Source of the DNA: Botryllus schlosseri
Taxonomy: Eukaryota
Length of the DNA stretch: 64,000 nucleotides
Direction: 5' to 3'
NCBI GenBank assembly: GCA_051294905.1
Contig: CM119383.1
Coordinates: forward strand, 2,914,001-2,978,000
Below the pieces are notes generated by a model. The model was not told the origin of the DNA. It ran no database searches and was given only the letters and a program-made list of their open reading frames with translations. This document shows, piece by piece, positions 58,954-64,000 of this stretch. A program made the translations under genes and the position numbers. The stretch's first letter is position 1. Every line of letters starts with the position of its first letter.

Positions 58954-59212
58954 GTATTTTACGTCGATGAACTTCAGCGTTTCCGGAGGAAATTTCGTCT
59001 TCGCCTCAGTTCTTATTTCGGAAGCAGATCTACCACTCTTATACGCAATTGTGGGCATGCTGAATAGCCTACTCACCTACTGACATATCCTCACAAACGA
59101 CATGAATATCCCCATTCGTCTGAACTTGTGATGGTTAAATTTAAATTGAGGTTAACGTAGGGGTCATCCTGGCATGTGTTGGGTGTTGGGTACTTTAACC
59201 ACGGGGTTCAGC

Positions 59213-59285
59213 GCCCGGCTAGCTCAGTCGGTAGAGCGTTGGACTCTTAATCCAACGGTCTTGGGTTCGAGCCCCACGTTGGGTG
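59213..59285 (+). tRNA. tRNA-Lys(CTT), unit 2 variant (G49T, C72T)
   Basis: Two substitutions versus the consensus copies; the cloverleaf is otherwise intact. Confidence 0.8.
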
Positions 59286-59501
59286 GCATTTTAGCTTGAT
59301 AAGCTTTCGCTATTCCCGAGGACATTTCGTGTCCGCCCCAATTCTTGCATTTTGGAAGCAGATCGTCCGCTCTCATCCTGAATGCATCTACAAATTATCG
59401 ACATATCCTCGCTGGAGGGATTCATTTCCATGTTTACCTGCGTTTATAATTGAATGAATTGCGGAAATCAAGCACTCTGGTCGAAATGACTATACGACTC
59501 A

Positions 59502-59578
59502 TTTTGGCATAGGTTCGGTAGTTTATATACGTTGGACTCTAAGCCCAGTTGTTGTGGGCTCGAGTCCCAAGCTGGGCG
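59502..59578 (+). pseudogene. Degenerate tRNA-like companion, unit 2 (anticodon position CTA; box B T54C)
   Basis: TTGGACTCTAAGCCCAG; GGGCTCGAGTCCC. Confidence 0.75.
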
Positions 59579-59822
59579 GTATTTTACGTCGATGAACTTC
59601 AGCGTTTCCGGAGGAAATTTCGTCTTCGCCTCAGTTCTCATTTCGGAAGCAGACCTACCACTCTCATACGGAATTGTGGGCATGCTGAATAGCCAATTGA
59701 CATATCCTCACAAACGAGATGAATATCCCCATTTGTCTGAACTTGCGATGGTTAAATTTAAATTGAGGCTAACGTAGGGGTCATCCTGGCATGTGTTGGG
59801 TACTTTGAACACGTGGCTCAGC

Positions 59823-59895
59823 GCCCGGCTAGCTCAGTCGGTAGAGCGTTGGACTCTTAATCCAACGGTCGTGGGTTCGAGCCCCACGTTGGGCG
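59823..59895 (+). tRNA. tRNA-Lys(CTT), unit 3, consensus copy
   Basis: Identical to unit 1. Confidence 0.95.
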
Positions 59896-60111
59896 GCTTT
59901 TTACCTTGATAAGCTTTCGCCTTTCCCGAGTACATTTTGTGTCCGCCCAATTCTTGCATTTTGGAAGCAGATCGTCCGCTCTCATCCTGAATGCATCTAC
60001 AAATTATCGACATATCCTCGCTATAGAGTGATTCATTTCCATGTTTACCTGCGTTTATAATTGAATGAATTGCGGAAATCAAGCACTCTGGTCGAATGGC
60101 TATACGACTCA

Positions 60112-60188
60112 TTTTGGCATAGGTTCGGTAGTTTATATACGTTGGACTCTAAGCCCAGTTGTTGTGGGTTCGAGTCCCAAGTTGGGCG
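60112..60188 (+). pseudogene. Degenerate tRNA-like companion, unit 3 (CTA)
   Basis: TTGGACTCTAAGCCCAG with intact GGTTCGAGTCC box B. Confidence 0.75.
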
Positions 60189-60434
60189 GTATTTTACGTC
60201 GATGAACTTCAGCGTTTACGGAGAATATTTCGTCTTCGCCTCAGTTCTTATTTCGGAAGCAGACCTACCACTCTCATATGGAATTGTGGGCATGCTGAAT
60301 AGCCTATACTGACATATCCTCACAAACGAGATGAATATCCCCATTTGTCTGAATTTGCGATGGTTAAATTTAAATTGAGGCTAACGTAGGGGTCATCCTG
60401 GCATGTGTTGGGTACCTCGAACACGTGGCTCAGC

Positions 60435-60507
60435 GCCCGGCTAGCTCAGTCGGTAGAGCGTTGGACTCTTAATCCAACGGTCGTGGGTTCGAGCCCCACG
60501 TTGGGCG
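60435..60507 (+). tRNA. tRNA-Lys(CTT), unit 4, consensus copy
   Basis: Identical to unit 1. Confidence 0.95.
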
Positions 60508-60722
60508 GCATTTTAGCTTGATAAGCTTTCGTCTTTCCCGAGGACATTTTGTGTCCGCCCCAATTCTTGCATTTTGGAAGCAGATCGTCCGCTCTCATCC
60601 TGAATGCATCTACAAATTATCGACATATCCTCGCTGGAGGGATTCATTTCCATGTTTATCTGCGTTTATAATTGAATGAATTGCGGAAATCAAGCACTCT
60701 GGTCGAATGGCTATACGACTAA

Positions 60723-60799
60723 TTTTGGCATAGGTTCGGTAGATTATATACGTTGGACTCTAAGCCCAGTTGTTGTGGGTTCGAGTCCCAAGTTGGGCG
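60723..60799 (+). pseudogene. Degenerate tRNA-like companion, unit 4 (CTA)
   Basis: Same pattern as unit 3. Confidence 0.75.
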
Positions 60800-61044
60800 G
60801 TATTTTACGTCGATGAACTTCAGCGTTTCCGTAGGAAATTTCGTCTTCGCCTCAGTTCTTATTTCGGAAGCAGATCTACCACTCTCATACGGAATTGTGG
60901 GCATGCTGAATTGCCTACTGACATATCCTCACAAACGAGATGAATATCCCCATTTGTCTGAACTTGCGATGGTTAAATTTAAATTGAGGCTAACGTAGGG
61001 GTCACCCTGGCATGTGTTGGGTACTTTGCACACGGGGTTTAGCG

Positions 61045-62160
61045 TAGGGTTGCCATACGTCCGGAATTTCCCGGACATGTCCGGAATTTCACTGTTCAAA
61101 ATAGCGTCCGGGAGGAATTTCTAAAATATGCAAAATGTCCGGAATTTTGAAGACCTGACGTAGGCTCATAATGTTTTCGTAAATCAACATAACAACATTA
61201 TTTTGGGGAATATTTATGCTGATGCATGATATTTTCTTCGCGCTGCGCGCGATTTACTATCACATTTATTGATTTTAATATGGGGACCACCACCCTCGCA
61301 AACCTGCAATAAAATATATATAAAAACAACCTTCATTTAATGGAATAAACTTAATTGTAATCGCAATTATAGGAGAACGGTATATTCCTAGAGATCGTTA
61401 AGGCCGTTTAAATGTGCTTTATTCAAAGATAGTGGTTCCAAACGTGCGGGTCGTTTGCTTTTATTCTGGGGTTTGCGAATATGTTGAACGTAATCAACTT
61501 TCAAAATAGCCCGTGAGTAGGCTAAGTGTGGGCAAAGGTGCTGACTTCTTCTAGCAATCAGCTCGTCAAATTTTGATATGGGTCACGGAACATTTTCAAA
61601 TTGGAAATGGAGTCACGACCATAAAAAGTTAGAAACCACTGGATGTGGGGTGTTTATGAAGAAGCTCTCTGGTGCGCACCGGCATAAGGATGATAAACAA
61701 TCTTATCGGTGGGACATGAATATGACTTAACGATGTACAATTACGCTGCTTGTATTTTCGAACTCATCATCCTCCACCAGCTCTATACCGCTAAGTCTCA
61801 TCATGTGGGCGTAGAGTAGTAACTATATAGTAATATATGGAACAACCAATATTATTGACACAATTCATTCGAAACATTTAACGACCAGATGTATATAGCA
61901 AGCCCCCCCTCCCGGAAAATGCATCGATTACCTCATGGCGGACTCAAAATCAGTGTTTATTTGGGCGGGAAGGGGCTGAAAAAATGTTGTTTCGGTCCCG
62001 GTTACACAACACACACATACACATACTCTTGAACCGGATCGTGACCATCCTTGGACTATGAGCAAAGCTTTGCTAGTGTGACGTCATAACTCATTTTGAA
62101 ATCCACCAGTGTGCGCTAAAGAGTGTCCGGAATTTGGTTCACAGAAATATGGTAACCCTA
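61045..62160. mobile_element. Non-autonomous hAT-type element (TAGGGTT[G/A]CCA family, 1116 bp) inserted in the tRNA array
   Basis: TIR TAGGGTTGCCATA / TATGGTAACCCTA; perfect TSD GTTTAGCG at 61037-61044 and 62161-62168; GTCCGGAATTT subterminal repeats; Charlie-like fragment at about 61430-61641. Confidence 0.92.
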
Positions 62161-62167
62161 GTTTAGC

Positions 62168-62240
62168 GCCCGGCTAGCTCAGTCGGTAGAGCGCTGGACT
62201 CTTAATCCAACGGTCTTGGGTTTGAGCCCCACGCGGGGCG
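62168..62240 (+). pseudogene. tRNA-Lys(CTT), unit 5, probably inactivated
   Basis: Five changes: T27C (anticodon-stem mismatch), G49T, C56T in box B (GGTTTGA), and TT to CG at 67-68 (G-G mismatch in the acceptor stem). Confidence 0.7.
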
Positions 62241-62456
62241 GCATTTTAGCTTGATAAGCTTTCGCCATTCCCGAGAACATTTCGTGTCCGCCCCAATTAT
62301 TGCATTTTGGAAGCAGATCGTCCGCTCTCATCCTGAATGCATCTACAAATTATCGACATATCCTCGCTGGAGGGATTCATTTCCATGTTTAACTGCGTTT
62401 ATAATTGAATGAATTGCGGAAATCAAGCACTCTGGTCGAAATGGCTATACGACTCA

Positions 62457-62533
62457 TTTTGGCATAGGTTCGGTAGTTTATATACGTTGGACTCTAAGCC
62501 CAGTTGTTGTGGGCTCGAGTCCCAAGCTGGGCG
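62457..62533 (+). pseudogene. Degenerate tRNA-like companion, unit 5 (CTA; box B T54C)
   Basis: Identical variant pattern to the unit 2 companion. Confidence 0.75.
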
Positions 62534-62784
62534 GTATTTTACGTCGATGAACTTCAGCGTTTCCGGAGGAAATTTCGTCTTCGCCTCAGTTCTCATTTCG
62601 GAAGCAGACCTACCAGACCACTCTCATACGGAATTGTGGGCATGCTGAAAAGCCTATACTGACATATCCTCACAAACGAGATGAATATCCCCATTTGTCT
62701 GAACTTGCGATGGTTAAATTTAAATTGAGGCTAACGTAGGGGTCATCCTGGCATGTGTTGGGTACTTCGAACACGTGGCTCAGC

Positions 62785-62857
62785 GCCCGCCTAGCTCAGT
62801 CGGTAGAGCGTTGGACTCTTAATCTAACGGTCGTGGGTTCGAGCCCCACGTTGGGCG
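62785..62857 (+). tRNA. tRNA-Lys(CTT), unit 6 variant (G6C, one C-to-T in the anticodon stem)
   Basis: GCCCGCC at the 5' end and TCTAA in the 3' anticodon strand; otherwise consensus. Confidence 0.75.
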
Positions 62858-63072
62858 GCATTTTAGCTTGATAAGCTTTCGACTTTCCCGAGGACATTTT
62901 GTGTCCGCCCCAATTCTTGCATTTTGGAAGCAGATCGTCCGCTCTCATCCTGAATGCATCTACAAATTATCGACATATCCTCGCTGGAGGGATTCATTTC
63001 CACGTTTACCTGCGTTTATAATTGAATGAATTGCGGAAATCAAGCACTCTAGTCGAATGACTATACGACTCA

Positions 63073-63149
63073 TTTTGGCATAGGTTCGGTAGTTTATATA
63101 CGTTGGACTCTAAGCCCAGTTGTTGTGGGTTCGATTCCCAAGTTGGGCG
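63073..63149 (+). pseudogene. Degenerate tRNA-like companion, unit 6 (CTA)
   Basis: TTGGACTCTAAGCCCAG; GGTTCGATTCC box B. Confidence 0.75.
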
Positions 63150-63395
63150 GTATTTTACGTCGATGAACTTCAGCGTTTCCGTAGGAAATTTCGTTTTCGC
63201 CTCAGTTCTTATTTCGGAAGCAGATCTACCACTCTCATACGGAATTGTGGGCATGCTGAAAAGCCTATACTGACATATCCTCACAAACGAGATGAATATC
63301 CCCATTTGTCTGAACTTGCGATGGTTAAATTTATATTGAGGCTAACGTAGGGGTCATCCTGGCATGTGTTGGGTACTTTGAACACGTTGCCCAGC

Positions 63396-63468
63396 GCCCG
63401 GCTAGCTCAGTCGGTAGAGCGTTGGACTCTTAATCCAACGGTCGTGGGTTCGAGCCCCACGTTGGGCG
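63396..63468 (+). tRNA. tRNA-Lys(CTT), unit 7, consensus copy
   Basis: Identical to unit 1. Confidence 0.95.
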
Positions 63469-63674
63469 GCATTTTACATTGATTAACCTTTACTATATTC
63501 TGGAGGAAATTCAATCTTCAATCTAGTTCTTGCATTTCGGAATTTTGAATTTGGATATGCTGATTTTAAAGATATCGACATTTCCTCGCAATAAAGATAC
63601 CTATCAATGTCTTTCCAGCGTTTTTCATCATATAAATTGCGGATATCGGGCACTCTGGGTAATCCTGCGACGCA

Positions 63675-63752
63675 TTTTACGTATCTGTTCGGCAATTTAA
63701 GCACGTTGGACTAAAAATTCAACTTTCATGGGTTCGAGCCTCAAGTTAAGCG
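63675..63752 (+). pseudogene. Highly diverged tRNA-like companion at the array edge
   Basis: ACGTTGGACTAAAAATTCAAC...GGGTTCGAGCCTCAAGTTAAGCG; downstream spacer still alignable (TTCGGAAGCAGATCGTCCACTCTCATAC). Confidence 0.65.
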
Positions 63753-64000
63753 GTATTTTGCATTGATAAACCTCAACCTTTCCCTCTAGGAAATTTCGTC
63801 TTCATCTCAGCTGTCACATTTCGGAAGCAGATCGTCCACTCTCATACAGAATCGTGGGCATGCTGATAGCAACGATTTTATCGACATATCATCACAATCG
63901 AGATGCATTTCCTCGTTTGTTCGAATTTGAGATGGTATAAATTTCAGATATCTTGCAATTCAGGCTTAAGGTATGGGTCATTCTGGGTTGTTTTCTGTAG

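Larger units (their letters stand above)
58140..63900 (+). repeat. Tandem tRNA-Lys array with units of about 612 bp and degenerate ends
   Basis: tRNA starts at 58589, 59213, 59823, 60435, 62168 (after a 1116-bp insertion plus 8-bp TSD), 62785 and 63396; spacings 609-624 bp; spacers nearly identical between units. Confidence 0.95.

Noticed and set aside
58158-63350. Recurrent ORFs (MPTIPYESGRSASE..., MDSKPSCCG...)
   Set aside because: They recur only because the tRNA unit repeats; starts, stops and frames vary between units.
58589-63468. Repeat-spacer periodicity suggesting a CRISPR-like array
   Set aside because: Spacers are nearly identical, the repeats are tRNA genes, and there are no cas genes in this eukaryotic context.
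13578-63752. TROVE protein + PNKP + tRNA-like RNAs, echoing bacterial Ro60/Y RNA/RNA-repair loci
   Set aside because: The PNKP here is the ordinary FHA-containing eukaryotic DNA-repair enzyme, TEP1 is a standard animal gene, and the tRNA-like copies lie about 37 kb away and clearly derive from the adjacent tRNA-Lys. Nothing in the sequence links them.

Overview
Metazoan nuclear DNA from a compact invertebrate genome. Short 60-125 nt introns and the gene set suggest a tunicate, but this is a guess I cannot verify. Left to right: (1) a complete 14-exon gene on the minus strand, rebuilt by hand from splice sites and phases, encoding a 563-aa type I membrane protein (signal peptide-CUB-vWA-3xEGF-TM-short tail); (2) a block of four co-oriented minus-strand genes with uninterrupted reading frames: TEP1 (about 2600 aa), PIKfyve (2144 aa), PNKP (552 aa) and an NDUFV3-like gene; (3) a divergently transcribed, intron-rich DCDC1-like gene (about 33.7-56.7 kb, plus strand); (4) a tRNA-derived SINE; (5) a tandem array of about 612-bp units, each an ancient dimer of one tRNA-Lys(CTT) gene and one degenerate tRNA-like companion that mostly carries a CTA (amber) anticodon, interrupted by a hAT-type element inserted at a tRNA +1. 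Non-coding DNA outside the intronless block holds many non-autonomous hAT-type elements with 8-bp TSDs, some nested and some long foldbacks. No database searches were run, and all family calls come from motif recognition.
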